A stretch of 64,000 nucleotides of DNA from Chara braunii (GCA_003427395.1 BFEA01000026.1:3932494-3996493); one strand, 5' to 3'. Numbered from the stretch's first letter, positions 39,708 through 52,270 are shown. Program-made: numbers and translations. Notes: generated by a model from the letters alone, not told the origin.

Positions 39708-41726
39708 ATGCAAACTTTTCAATTGGCTTCGGAAATGAAAGTCAACTGTTCAAAAACGGTCGGCTGGTGGCTTACAGATTCCCCCCCCCCCCCAAAAAAT
39801 ATCCCCGGAAGGACTACAATGGCCAGACCCTACATCTCCCATCCGCTTCTTAGGAATGAACATCAGCTCAAAAGGCTGCCACACAATATCAACCCATTCC
39901 TTGATGACCTCAATGACCAACAAAATGCACAATTGGCAGGGAACATACACCTCCCTACTCGGACGTACCTGGGCATTAAACAACTCAATCCTGGCAATGA
40001 TGTGGTATGCCACTTCGATCTGGTTCCCCTCAATGGATTTTCAACAACACATCCGCCACAGAGCGGCAGCACAGGAGCCCCTGATAAACAACACTTCATC
40101 CATAAAGTAGCATGGCAGATAGTCACGCAACCCAAAGGAAAAGGGGGACTATGAGTCATAGACCCAGCACGACAGATCCAAGCACTCCAAATAAAATGGA
40201 TCATCAGACTAACACTACAACACAACCTCCAATGGATACCGTTGGCCCTCAATCACATTAGGGAGCTGGCACCCTTCCACTCCCCTCTGAACATGGCAGG
40301 CCTCTTCTGGATCTACAACCCAAACTGGCCCCTCCCCAAAGAAAACAGAAACAGAAACTACCGACAAGACACAGAAGAAGAAGGGAACCAAGACAACAAA
40401 AAATCCTTTTGGGAACAACTCATATACCAATGGAGGAAGATCTTTCCAAATAACAAAGTGGGCCCCAAAAGAAAGGATGAAGTCCTCAGACAACCGATTT
40501 TCAACAACCCATGGATTCTAGACCACAACGGGCACAACTTCCAACTCACCAAAGCTAACACCAGATGGGGAAATTGGTTAGAAAAAGGCGTTTGGCAGAT
40601 CCAGCACTTATGGAACGAAGACACAAAGTCCTGGAAAACAGAGAAGGAACTAAGGAAAACTCTGAAGGGCAGCCACAATCTACAAATCAGCATATCGACT
40701 ATCATCGAAAGTATACCAATGGATTGGAGACTCCTACTAAACTCCTCCCAGAAATGGCTCTGGGGTGACTGGGCAGTGCAGAAGGGACAAACAGTAATCC
40801 AAGAGGTCCTCAAAATATTCAGCTATGAACAACACAACAAAGATTGGATTTTGTGCTCCATTTTTACACTGGAGGAACCAGGCAACCCGTCGAGTTTCCT
40901 CACCAGGGAAATCAGAGCAGAAGGATCATTTAAAGCTAAGAACCTCCAAAGAATCAGAGTAATTGAAGGGGACAGAAACAGAGTGTACAAGCCTGGAACA
41001 GAAATACGCCACCTGGAAATGGACCCAGCTGAATGGTCCTGGAGCACATCAACCCCCCAATCCCTTGTCGAACGCCATCACACGCTAACCGACTACACCC
41101 CTAATCTCGGTTACAGGCTTTTCTCAAAACCAACCTCGGTATCAAGTATACTCCAGAAAAGATGGGCTAAAGAAGAAACTACTCTTCCAAACCTTACCAT
41201 TGAACCAAACTGGCACTCGATCTTCTGCACAAGACCAACCAAACTTGCAAGCCTACTATGGCTAATAACCTTCAGAGCAGTCCCGGTCAACTTATGGCTA
41301 TCACAAAGAAGAAGAAGAAAGGAAGAGAGAACAGAAAACTCAGCATGGTGCCGAGTATGCAATTCACAAATCGATGAATCCCTCAACAATTGTTTCATAG
41401 ACTGCGTAAAGGCCAAACAGGACATAATAATAACTTGGAACAAACATTCCAAAAGTACAATTGCAATTAACCCCGCTACACTATTCCTAGACAAAGAACA
41501 ACCCCCCCCTCTTAAAAGCTTTGAACTCTTCCTCTTTGCTCTAATTAGGAAAGGTACTCTCTGGGCAATTTGGAAAAAGAGATGTGCAGCTAACTTCAAT
41601 AACACCAGCGACAACTCAGAAAACCCCCTCATCACCATCAATCAAGTAATCGAAACAGAGATACAGGCCATCTGGAGCAAAACAAAAAACAACTTCAGGA
41701 AACACCAGATAGAAAAAGGGAAATAA
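39708..41726 (+). pseudogene. LINE ORF2 post-RT region and C-terminal zinc-binding (zf-RVT-like) domain
   Basis: FQLASEMKVNCSKT (end of RT), HKVAWQIVTQPKGKGGL, 494-aa ORF with CRVC...ES..NCFIDC and LWAIWKKRC. Confidence 0.85.
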
Positions 41727-43056
41727 TCAAGAAATTCAAGTCCTCAAGGCTAGGGAATGGAAAGCTCGGCACAATCATGGGAGATAGGCTAGTTCTCAAG
41801 GACTGGCTAGTCATACCAGCACAAGGCAATCAGGTACAGCCTGCCTCCCAAATGATAACTGCAATTCCAGTGCCGGTCGAATCCAATACATTGCCAGACG
41901 ACGGACCAGACCGGAGAATCTGAGCCCAAAAGGAATTTAAAAAGGGAAAAGAAAGCTCAACACAACAAATAACGACAAACCCACTCCCAAAAATTGGTTA
42001 TGCATAGCATTAATACTAAACCACTCATCATCCCCTACACCCCAACTTACACAGCCTCTTACCAACCTCATAAGGACCAGCTACCCCCTTTACTACATCC
42101 CCCTCACCAACGAACCCTCCACACACCTCCCACCAATACCCCCCACCACCGCACCCTGCACACACTACCCACACACTGACCATCTACAGCGTAGGAGCCA
42201 AGCAAAGCCTACAGAGCATCAGTTATTAGTTCGGCACCAGCGACTATACAGAACTTTAGCCCATGAGCGGAATTTAGAACAAAAATACAGGGCCTATGTC
42301 TACGGCTATTACGGACCACGGTCTACAGGATTTAACTTCTAGCGAAGCTCACAGCTAAGAATTGCTCTAGTCGTCCCCAGCGATCCACGCAAAACCGACA
42401 GCTAAGCAACTGAGAGGGACAGGCTAGAGACAGCCCTGTAGCCAGTCAACAAGTGGAGCATAGCAGGATAGTATAACAAGGAGGTACCACAATGTTAGAG
42501 TACTTCAATCAGGCTACCGTAGGCAGGGGGGAGAGACGGTACATCCTTCACTCGGGATGTAATTCATCGGTCCTTCAAGCCATAAGACTGCCAGTGACAG
42601 GCTGCAGACAAGGAGACATCTAGCGAGGGTTTAGGGTTTTAGCACCAATTACAGAATAAGAGCAGAACCTCAGTAATACAGGCTAACTTAGGCAGGGGTG
42701 AAGGGAGGTACGTCCTTCCGTCGGGAAGTAATCAATGCCATCCTTCGGGCCTCCACACCATGAGGGGGAGGAGTGTGTGTGTACACATATTGTAATTCTT
42801 TCTGACTTGCCGGTGGAATAGGAACCGGACTGATGCTCCCCAGAATGGAAAAGGAGCCGGAACCATAAGGTTCTGTTTAAAAAAAAAAAAAAAAAAAAAA
42901 AAAGGAAACGTCACACCATATGTGTGAAGTTGAAGACAGGGTTGCGGTTTTCGAGCAGAAAGAGTACAACCAAGTAATGATAACCGCATGCGAAAAATAA
43001 CACTGCCTTTGGCCTTAACTTATCACAAGTAATGGAAATCGAACACCATGTCTTTA

Positions 43057-43135
<79 letters not shown>

Positions 43136-43530
43136 TGCATATGGAAAGAAAAAAAAACGGAAAAACAAAAAAAAAAACACTTCGAGTGCATCTGCGTGCA
43201 TGCAAGATAGCACGACAAAGACGTGCTCTGTAGAAACACTACTTCGCAAGTTGGAAAACTACGCTTACTTTTACAGGTAGGATGGACAACGTACTTCAAA
43301 AAAAGAACTTCACTACGGACACTACGAACCTGCAATCCTACATGCCATAAAAAAAAAAAGCAGAAAAACGACACTTCGAACCAAACAGACAGAGATCCCC
43401 CATATAACCGATAAATACTAGCCCATTAAACTGCAGTCGGTTTAGTCTTCGTGTTTCCTTTGCAGTTCAATGGTGCGGTGTAGACGGGATGCCAATGAAC
43501 TAAGTGCTTTGATGTGGTGAGGTAAAGACC

Positions 43531-44804
43531 TCATCCATCCGCATCGTCCTCAGGAGATCTTGCCCTACTCCTTGACAAGCTGCGAATGGCATCGGCAAGA
43601 ACCAAATACCCCTTCTCCAATCTTTCGCCCAAGTTCTCTGCATTCCCCGAACGGGCTGCGATGTCCTTACGCATGACTTCACATGCCATCGTCGCCGCTC
43701 TCTCTTGTATGGTAAGCTGCTCGCGCAATATCTGGTGATGGGTGATGTTGGATCTCGTCTGCGCGGGCGTATGATCTCGCATAGCCCCTGTCACGACACG
43801 CATAGCCATCTCACATGCATTCTGCTGAACCCTCCTCCGTTTGCCCAACGTTTCAGTGACGGTGGCTGACGTTCTTGACCCACCGGCTGCTGATGTGGCT
43901 GCACCAGACTCCTCAGGAACGGGAGAACCCCCCCCTCCGACCGATCCACCCCCGTAAGACCCCCTCGCTCCACCCGATCCATCCGTGCCTCCCTCGCCAC
44001 CCGTGCCTCCCTCTCCATCCCCTCCACCCGATCCTGCATCACCCGCTTCGTCGTCTGCCGCAGGATCGTCACCCTCGTCCACATCACTGTCCTCTGAGTT
44101 GGCCCTGTTGTGGTCTTCAGCTCCTGGATCAGTCAAACTATCGGGGTTGATGGTGTCCTTGTCCCCTTCGTGCACATGTAAAATATCATACCACTCCCGT
44201 CTCATGAGGAAGTCCAAGCCGTTCTCTTTGCGTGTCGCCTGATCCATCGTCCAGTACTTCTGGTTGCCAGACCACCGATTGTGATCTTTGACAAGCCTGT
44301 AGTTGTTGCGCATGAAGTGGTAGCGTTTCTTGCACTCATCGTCTTCTCGAACTTAGTGTGCCTGTTTCATTCTCCCACTCACATCTGCCCACAACCGCAC
44401 CTTCAAAGGAGCGATTCCCATGGCTTCGGAGTTCTCCCCCATACCTGTTTTCACCTCGTACACATTCCGGAGAAGCACTGTCGTCTCCTTCTCCCCCCAT
44501 CTATTGGAGGCCTTCTTTTTACCCTTATCAGCCAGCGGTCCAGATTGTGCACCCTCCTGCGGGACCGCTTTCTCCACGGATGGGGCAGCTGCTGCAGGCG
44601 TCGCATTTGACATGTTCGATCGTAAACCTTTGCAGGCTGTGCTTGTCTCAGCTTCGTTGGCACAGCCGTGCAGTCCGCCTGCAAGTCCTCGCCCTTCACA
44701 CCTCTCACGGATGGGCGTTTGCGTCCATGCGCCATTCAACTGCTGCTGTAGACTTCGAGGACGAGTGTCACCTGTGGGATCCACATCTCCAAACTCTATG
44801 TCAT

Positions 44805-44805
<1 letters not shown>
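43531..44805 (-). pseudogene. Trihelix / Myb-SANT-like DNA-binding protein with one in-frame stop (TAA 44353-44355)
   Basis: RWGEKETTVLL...LWADVSGRMKQAH*VREDDECKKRYHFMRNNYRLVKDHNRWSGNQKYWTMDQATRKENGL matches the trihelix W..E...L / W..V / R....C pattern and the YW.M....RK...L motif of SH4/ASR3-like proteins; acidic/Gly linker and C-terminal helix follow; 5' end lost in the gap. Confidence 0.75.
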
Positions 44806-44872
<67 letters not shown>

Positions 44873-45959
44873 NNNNNNNNNNNNNNNNNNNNNNNNNNNN
44901 NNNNNNNNNNNNNNNNNNNNNNNNNNNNNNNNNNNNNNNNNNNNNNNNNNNNNNNNNNNNNNNNNNNNNNNNNNNNNNNNNNNNNNNNNNNNNNNNNNNN
45001 NNNNNNNNNNNNNNNNNNNNNNNNNNNNNNNNNNNNNNNNNNNNNNNNNNNNNNNNNNNNNNNNNNNNNNNNNNNNNNNNNNNNNNNNNNNNNNNNNNNN
45101 NNNNNNNNNNNNNNNNNNNNNNNNNNNNNNNNNNNNNNNNNNNNNNNNNNNNNNNNNNNNNNNNNNNNNNNNNNNNNNNNNNNNNNNNNNNNNNNNNNNN
45201 NNNNNNNNNNNNNNNNNNNNNNNNNNNNNNNNNNNNNNNNNNNNNNNNNNNNNNNNNNNNNNNNNNNNNNNNNNNNNNNNNNNNNNNNNNNNNNNNNNNN
45301 NNNNNNNNNNNNNNNNNNNNNNNNNNNNNNNNNNNNNNNNNNNNNNNNNNNNNNNNNNNNNNNNNNNNNNNNNNNNNNNNNNCCCCCCCCCCCACTGGGC
45401 CCCCTGGCACCAAGCCTGGGCTCCCCTTGCCAGCGGGCCACGTCCGCCAGCGTTCCTGCGCCGCTTCGCCTCCTCGACCGCCAGCCCTCAGCACGCTTCG
45501 ACGCCCGGCCCGATGGTTCCCGATGCTTCGACCCCTTGTACTGGTCCGGCCCTTCCCCCGCCCTGTCGGTGTCCCGCTGGCCCTGTGCGGTTCCGGCGCG
45601 GTTTCTGCGGGGCGCCACCATTTGAAAGCCGCAAATTTGGTGATTTGTCATGCTCAGAAGAATTCTTTATAAATTCTGAAATTTGAGGGTTCGGCGCGGT
45701 TTCACGGAAAACGTCAGAAAAAATATATATATATCATTTTGACCGTGAAATAATCGCCGTGTCGATTCGGTGCAAGTCCAATTTTTTGTCATTTTTTTTA
45801 TTGCAAATTCCATTTTCATCATTCACCCGTATCATTTTGACCGTGGAATAATCGGCGTGTCGATTCGTTGCATGTCCAATTTTTTGTCATTTTTTTAATG
45901 CAAATTCCATTTTCATCATTCACCCGGTTTTTCACTCTATGCTACCGGTACCCCTCGTG

Positions 45960-47395
45960 AAATGGCACTACCGGTAGGAGGAGGTTTTTTGTGTCGGGGG
46001 GAGTGGCGGTTTAAGTGGAGCACTAGGCTTTGTGAACCCAGGCGGAGCGCATCGAGGAACGACAGACCTGATGTGGGTGGCGACATCAGGCCCATCACAC
46101 CGGATGGTCCTCACCGGACATTCATATCCTCGTTACAAGTTCTACGAGGTTGACAACCTTGAGCGGACTAATTGCTCTGACGACAGAGGGCGCTGTAGGT
46201 TCACTCAACAACGGCAACGGAATTAGTTCCTCGAATCCCAGACCAAATCGTTATTAATATTCCTTCTAATTACAAAATTCACCGAATTAAAAGCGCTAAT
46301 CCTCCTACTCCATGACCAAAACAGGGTAATCTGTAGCAGGGGGAGCAAATCAGGCAGGGGTCATCAAGAACAGCAGGCCTAATGTGGGCGGCAGCATCAG
46401 GCCCATCGTTCTAGTTGGCTGCTGCCAATGTTCATGTCTACCCAAGGTGTGATTGGATCCCAGGTGATTGTCAACACTATCAAAATAGGCAGATTCTCTT
46501 TCCGCCTGGCAAATCAGCGACTATCGGTAGTCACGCACAACAGGTCGCCGCATGGCTGAAAATCTCACTCCACGGCAGGCAGAAGATAATCGATAATAGT
46601 TTCTCCACATAACAGGTTGCTCCACAGCCTAACAGATCACTTCATAGCAGAAAAATCCAACCCATAGCAGAGAAATCCAACCCATAACAGAAAAGTCCAA
46701 CCCACAACGGGCAGGAGGTGATGGGCAATAATTGTCAAATCTGTTAATAGTGACGCAGTCTGTTAATAAGGGGTGGTGGGCAGTAGCGGAAGACGGCGAA
46801 TCTATTAGTAATGCTTCGTAAGTATTACTGTGGTGATGGCGGGACAGGATATGGTGGCAGACGGTCCCCGGCATGGGCTGGCCATGGGACTGGAGGGGGT
46901 TTCTTGTCCACAGTGCCTGGACGATCCGCTGACGAGAAACCTCCTCCGGGTGGGCAGACGCGCCGTCCTTTGGGTGATATGGTGGAAAAGATGCATCTTG
47001 GAAATCGAAGGGGCACGTGTGGAGGAGGGGGAGGTAACTGAAGTGGTCAGGAAACTGGTACAAGCAGAGATCACTAACTAGTGGCAGGTGGCCAGACAAC
47101 GAATGAGCTTTGTGCATACCTGGATCGACATTGCTTAAATAATCACACGTTTCTGCGAGGAATGGTTGAGAGGAAGAAGGGGGTGATGGATGGCAGGTGT
47201 ATCTTGGTCAGGGGATAACCCCATGGAGAGGGAGGGGAGGCAGGGGGAGAGGTGCCCAGAGACTACAAACTGTTCTTTCGGAACTGGACCGCAATAGACC
47301 CTGGCATCCCCCTGAGACCGACGACGGATTTCCCGGACCCTTCCCCCCCCCACCTGTAATCACTTGCGGAATTGCCCCCTAGTGGTTAAAAAACA
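45960..47395 (+). mobile_element. Old LINE 3' fragment
   Basis: LLRVGRRAVLWVIWWKRC...VVRKLVQAEI (46830-47081) parallels LIRKGTLWAIWKKRC...VIETEIQ; short A tail near 47390; left boundary approximate. Confidence 0.55.
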
Positions 47396-48757
47396 ATGTC
47401 TCCAAATTTTCTCCAAACTATCTCAAAGAAATGCTGAGCCCAGTTCTCAGCATGCGAGGCTTGTGTTTCCTTTGTGTTTCCTTTCCCCAATAACCGCCTT
47501 TCAAAGGCTTTTGTCCTTTAAAGTTTAAACTGTTTTTTAAACTTTTTTAACTGTTTAACTTTTTCTAAACTATTTCATCATGTTTCAACATGTGTTTGCA
47601 TGTTTTCGCAAAAGGACAGCATGCGGATAGCAGAGGGCAAGGGCAAGGGCAAGGGCAAGGGGACGGAAAGAGACCCCGCTGGTGCCCCCCGGCAGCTCTC
47701 TTCCCCATACCTGACCGGGCCACGAGGCAGGAAAAGGAGGAAAGTTTGATATGGGACGCTGGGCCCGGTTTCCAGCACAGTGGTTATGTTCTGATCATTG
47801 AATGATTCAAACATGTATAATTCAAAAGGGATGCTGGGCCTGGTTCCCAGCACATGCCGCTCCCGACAAATAGATCGGAGCATCTTTCCAAAAAAAAAAA
47901 GTAAAAAAAGTGGTGCTCTGTTGATAGGAGTTGATGGATAATCTGTTGATGGCGAAGTGATACGTAGAATAGATGGCGTTTTTTTTTTTTTTTTTTTTTT
48001 TTTTGGCGGGTTATCCAGTGTATAATTGATAATCTGTTGACAGCGGGTTGATAAACAACAGATAGTGGATAATCTATTAGTAATAGGTAATTAAGGATCC
48101 AAAGATAATCTATAAGTAATCCTATCCCTTAAGGAGCACTGGGCCGGGGGGGAGGTCGATGGTCTGCTTTGCTCCGAAATTGCGCCGAAGTTTTGGTGCA
48201 GGCCAGCAATCGAGTGCGGGGGGGCATGCTGAGCGGTGCGCGTACTGAATTGTTCACAGCGCACCAGCAAACGTGAGCAAGCGTCCATGGGCCTGGGCAG
48301 CGGCGAGCGTAGATGCGATGGAATATCGTAAAGCGGCCGGCGCAGACTTTTTTTTTTCTTTTTCAAGCTGCGTCGATATTCATTTTCTTTTCTTTTTGTC
48401 GTTCCCCTTCTTCTCTTTTGTGGGTTTTTTTCTTTTTCAAGTCGCACAAATATTCATTTTCTTTTTTTTTGGTCGTTCCCCTTATCCGCAGAAAGTATGA
48501 ATCATAAAAGGAAATGAAAAAGACGAGAAATAAATAGATGCGGCGGTAGGCAGGTGGGAAGAAAAAGGTAAGAAAAAAAAAAGATAGAGAGAGAGAGAGA
48601 GACGTTCCAGTACTCTCGAAGTGTGAAAAAGGCAAAGTGGATATTCGGCTAGAACATGAAATGATACACCGCCATGATTTTTGTCTTCTGTGCATGTCAC
48701 CCAGAGGCGCCAAGGATCTCGGCGGGCTGCTGGGAGCAACCCGCACAGCCCGGCAAG

Positions 48758-48802
<45 letters not shown>

Positions 48803-49508
48803 NNNNNNNNNNNNNNNNNNNNNNNNNNNNNNNNNNNNNNNNNNNNNNNNNNNNNNNNNNNNNNNNNNNNNNNNNNNNNNNNNNNNNNNNNNNNNNNNNN
48901 NNNNNNNNNNNNNNNNNNNNNNNNNNNNNNNNNNNNNNNNNNNNNNNNNNNNNNNNNNNNNNNNNNNNNNNNNNNNNNNNNNNNNNNNNNNNNNNNNNNN
49001 NNNNNNNNNNNNNNNNNNNNNNNNNNNNNNNNNNNNNNNNNNNNNNNNNNNNNNNNNNNNNNNNNNNNNNNNNNNNNNNNNNNNNNNNNNNNNNNNNNNN
49101 NNNNNNNNNNNNNNNNNNNNNNNNNNNNNNNNNNNNNNNNNNNNNNNNNNNNNNNNNNNNNNNNNNNNNNNNNNNNNNNNNNNNNNNNNNNNNNNNNNNN
49201 NNNNNNNNNNNNNNNNNNNNNNNNNNNNNNNNNNNNNNNNNNNNNNNNNNNNNNNNNNNNNNNNNNNNNNNNNNNNNNNNNNNNNNNNNNNNNNNNNNNN
49301 NNNNNNNNNNNNNNNNNNNNNNNNNNNNNNNNNNNNNNNNNNNNNNNNNNNNNNNNNNNNNNNNNNNNNNNNNNNNNNNNNNNNNNNNNNNNNNNNNNNN
49401 NNNNNNNNNNNNNNNNNNNNNNNNNNNNNNNNNNNNNNNNNNNNNNNNNNNNNNNNNNNNNNNNNNNNNNNNNNNNNNNNNNNNNNNNNNNNNNNNNNNN
49501 NNNNNNNN

Positions 49509-51673
49509 ACGCGCGCAAGGGCCTCACAGTCCGAAGGGGCCGGGACACTGCGGGCGACGGGTTACGGGAAAATTCCTCCGTGGTGGAGATGGTCCTGAAA
49601 AGTTAGGCCATCGGGGGCCGCCATGTGGCGCAGGCCGCCGCGTAGTTGGGTTGGGCCTTCGGAATTCCGGGGTTCTTTGTGCGCTACTGCGTCGGCAGTT
49701 TACGCAAAACGTGCTGGGCCAATAGGGGGCTATGGCCGACCACGGGACGACACTGAGTTGATGATACGGGAGAAGGAGGCGGAAAGGAGGGAAACTGGTG
49801 GTGATCTCAACGAATCTCGGGTGGGTGAAGTAGTAGGTGTGGTTGGGGGAAGGGAAATCGGAGCATCGAGGGTCGCTAGTAGTGGCACAGTGGAATTCCC
49901 GCGGACATAGCCGATTCTCCGTGTGACAAGGGTATAGGGGTGAAATAGTCCGGGTCATAGGACGAGTCTGAGCCCCAAGATTGCGTCATGGTATCATTGC
50001 AGATGGGATAGCGCGGGTCGGGATATCGTCACCGCGCACGAGCACGTGTAGGACAGGCCGACTTGACGGTTCCGCCGATGATTCCTCTCGGGGTGAGCGA
50101 GTCGACACACGGGAATGCGTGTAAGGGCGCGACTCGGATCGCGTTTACACGTGTTATCGTGTGGCGCTCGCGGGTCCGGACTTCAGATCGCCTAATTGCT
50201 TCGTAAGTTTCGGCTATGCAAGATGCAACCATACCAGAACCTCATCGTGGGACAAGCAAAAATGAGAACGAAATCGATATTGGGGCTAGATTCTTATTCC
50301 ATCTATCGCTACATCCGGTGCAAGCAAAGATTCGGCACAAACAAAAAGCAAGGGCAGGGATTCTCTGCAAAAAGATAGGCAAGCAGGCATAACATTCATG
50401 CATCCATACATTCGACAATCATACACATAATGCCATTGCAAGGACAGGTATGAGCAAAAACCCAAGTCCAGATTCCAGAGAGCCGAAATGAAGATAAGAA
50501 CGGGCAAACCGCCCGAAGCCGCAATCAAAATGTATGTACACAGATGAAGAGGGAGAAGAGACAAAGAAACAGCAAATCCACGTCCATCAACCTCAACTCC
50601 CTTCTCCCCTCTCTCTCTCTCTCCGATGCGGACAGTCCGTCGTCACGCACCAACCCACGAAGTTGTCACCCCGCTTAGTCCTCCCGCACCCATCGGATTC
50701 GCCCGTGCCCACAGTCCGTCGTGGCCCACGTCAATCCTGCGCGTTCGGCACCAGCCCGTCGGGTCGCCCAACTCCGACTCTACTCACCTCTTACTTCGCT
50801 CGTGTGCCAACCCTTCCTGATCGCGCAACCCCGAGCTTCCAACAGCGGGTTAAGAGAGCTGACGAATCGCGCAGCCGAAATTTATAGCATGCATGCATGC
50901 GCGAAGAACACGGAATTACTAGGACTTAGAGTGAGGATTAGAGAGGGAGCGCCTACGTTCTGCATGATCGGCCTCGGTGTGGGGGACGTAACCCTTCTCC
51001 ACGCATCGATCCGAGCATGCAAGCCGCGACTTTCAAAATTTCAGCAAAGGAAAGAGAGGGAGGGCGGGAAAGACGAAGTGCAAGAAGAAAGATATAGTTA
51101 CAATGGCGCCCGCCNAAAATTACNNTTACACACGCGATTAANGGCGCCTNCTAATCAGAGTACNGTTGCAGNCGCATGAGAAGCNCGTAAACAAAAGGCG
51201 CCGNGCGGCAGGAAAAATCCTAATTACTAAATTCCTAAATTCCTATCTAATGCGAAAAAGCAAAAAGAAGCACGNATTCAGAAGGAAAGTNCGAAATNCC
51301 GAGAGNCATTGGGGGCTCGACAAAATTCAAAAGAAAATTCAAAAGGAACAAAGCAATTTCCCGCGCGGTGTCCGCACCCAAAAAGATCGAAAACCGAAGC
51401 GAAAGAAACGACGTCAACATTTATTAATCGTGCGCGCGCGTGGCAACGCGCCAAACAACCATCCGACCAATCAATCCACCGACCTTCCCAAGACGCACCT
51501 GGCTCCGAACCCGATCATCCGACACGAAGCGACAAAAAAGGACGAAAAAGCGAGGACACTGATGCAATTCTCCGCCGATCTCGATCTCCCGTAATTGGCC
51601 CAATCTTCCCAGCTTAGGACCCCTCATTGCAACCGTGCAGATAATCGCGCGTTACAGAAAGTGGTTCGTCACA
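49509..51673. repeat. Left long direct repeat (LTR; TG..CA-bounded core possibly 49922-51673)
   Basis: Aligns to 60279-62350 with scattered substitutions and at least four indels; ends ...gtcaca; left end abuts an N gap. Confidence 0.9.
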
Positions 51674-51919
51674 TATGTGACGCCGAGGGGGTTCTAGTAT
51701 TAGCAAGCTCCTACTTGCTTGTTGACACGTGTCGATTTCTCTAATCGATCGACACGCGGAGCACTTCCTTCTATGCCACTTACCGTTCAACTGCGTGTGG
51801 GCGTCATCCGCCGTGGCAACATTGCTCTTCTACTAGTTCCTCAGATTGGGCTCCTTGATAATTCAAGGACGGGATCTTTCTCGTGCTGTCGTCGCGACAC
51901 GCATCCATTCCCTACTGCA

Positions 51920-52270
51920 TCAGTAATTAACCGGGAGGGGAAAAGGGAGCCGGTGCATGCCGGCATGGTGGGGTGGAGGGTTTATGGGTAATGGGGGCAG
52001 GAGACTTTCCATTCCGGCTACAGTATCCGGGAGCTCTTGGTAACGAACAATGCGGTGAAAGCGGGGGAAGCGATTGCCAGTGCGAGGGAGGGATGCGAGA
52101 TAATCGGGATAGAGGGTAGTGAGAGTCCGAAAGAGTGCCGCGCCGAAACGATCGCGATCATTGCATGCGGGGATGGTCCCCGTTACCACGCAGTAAACCT
52201 CGATCATGTTGTGGCCTTGCCACCCGACACTAAGGAGCAGGACATGGAGGCAGAAGGCTGGGAGGTGCAT
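51920..52270 (-). CDS. Second small additional ORF in the Gypsy 3' region (unknown)
   Basis: 116-aa open frame with protein-like composition, same strand as pol. Confidence 0.35.
   Translation of the reverse strand: MHLPAFCLHVLLLSVGWQGHNMIEVYCVVTGTIPACNDRDRFGAALFRTLTTLYPDYLASLPRTGNRFPRFHRIVRYQELPDTVAGMESLLPPLPINPPPHHAGMHRLPFPLPVNY

Larger units (their letters stand above)
35701..42903 (+). mobile_element. L1/Tx1-clade LINE, both ends retained but RT core deleted and ORFs disrupted
   Basis: ORF1 with Zn knuckle, APE endonuclease, post-RT and zf-RVT regions, long 3' UTR, poly(A) 42879-42903, TSD gaaac[a/g]tcacaccat at 35686-35700 and 42905-42919. Confidence 0.88.

Noticed and set aside
42828-42860. 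Hammerhead ribozyme at CTGATG in the LINE tail
   Set aside because: Core reads CTGATGC rather than CTGANGA, and no correctly placed GAAA/stem III
50196-51627. ORFs within the LTRs (also 61021-62304)
   Set aside because: Short, interrupted differently by indels in the two copies, and no domain motifs
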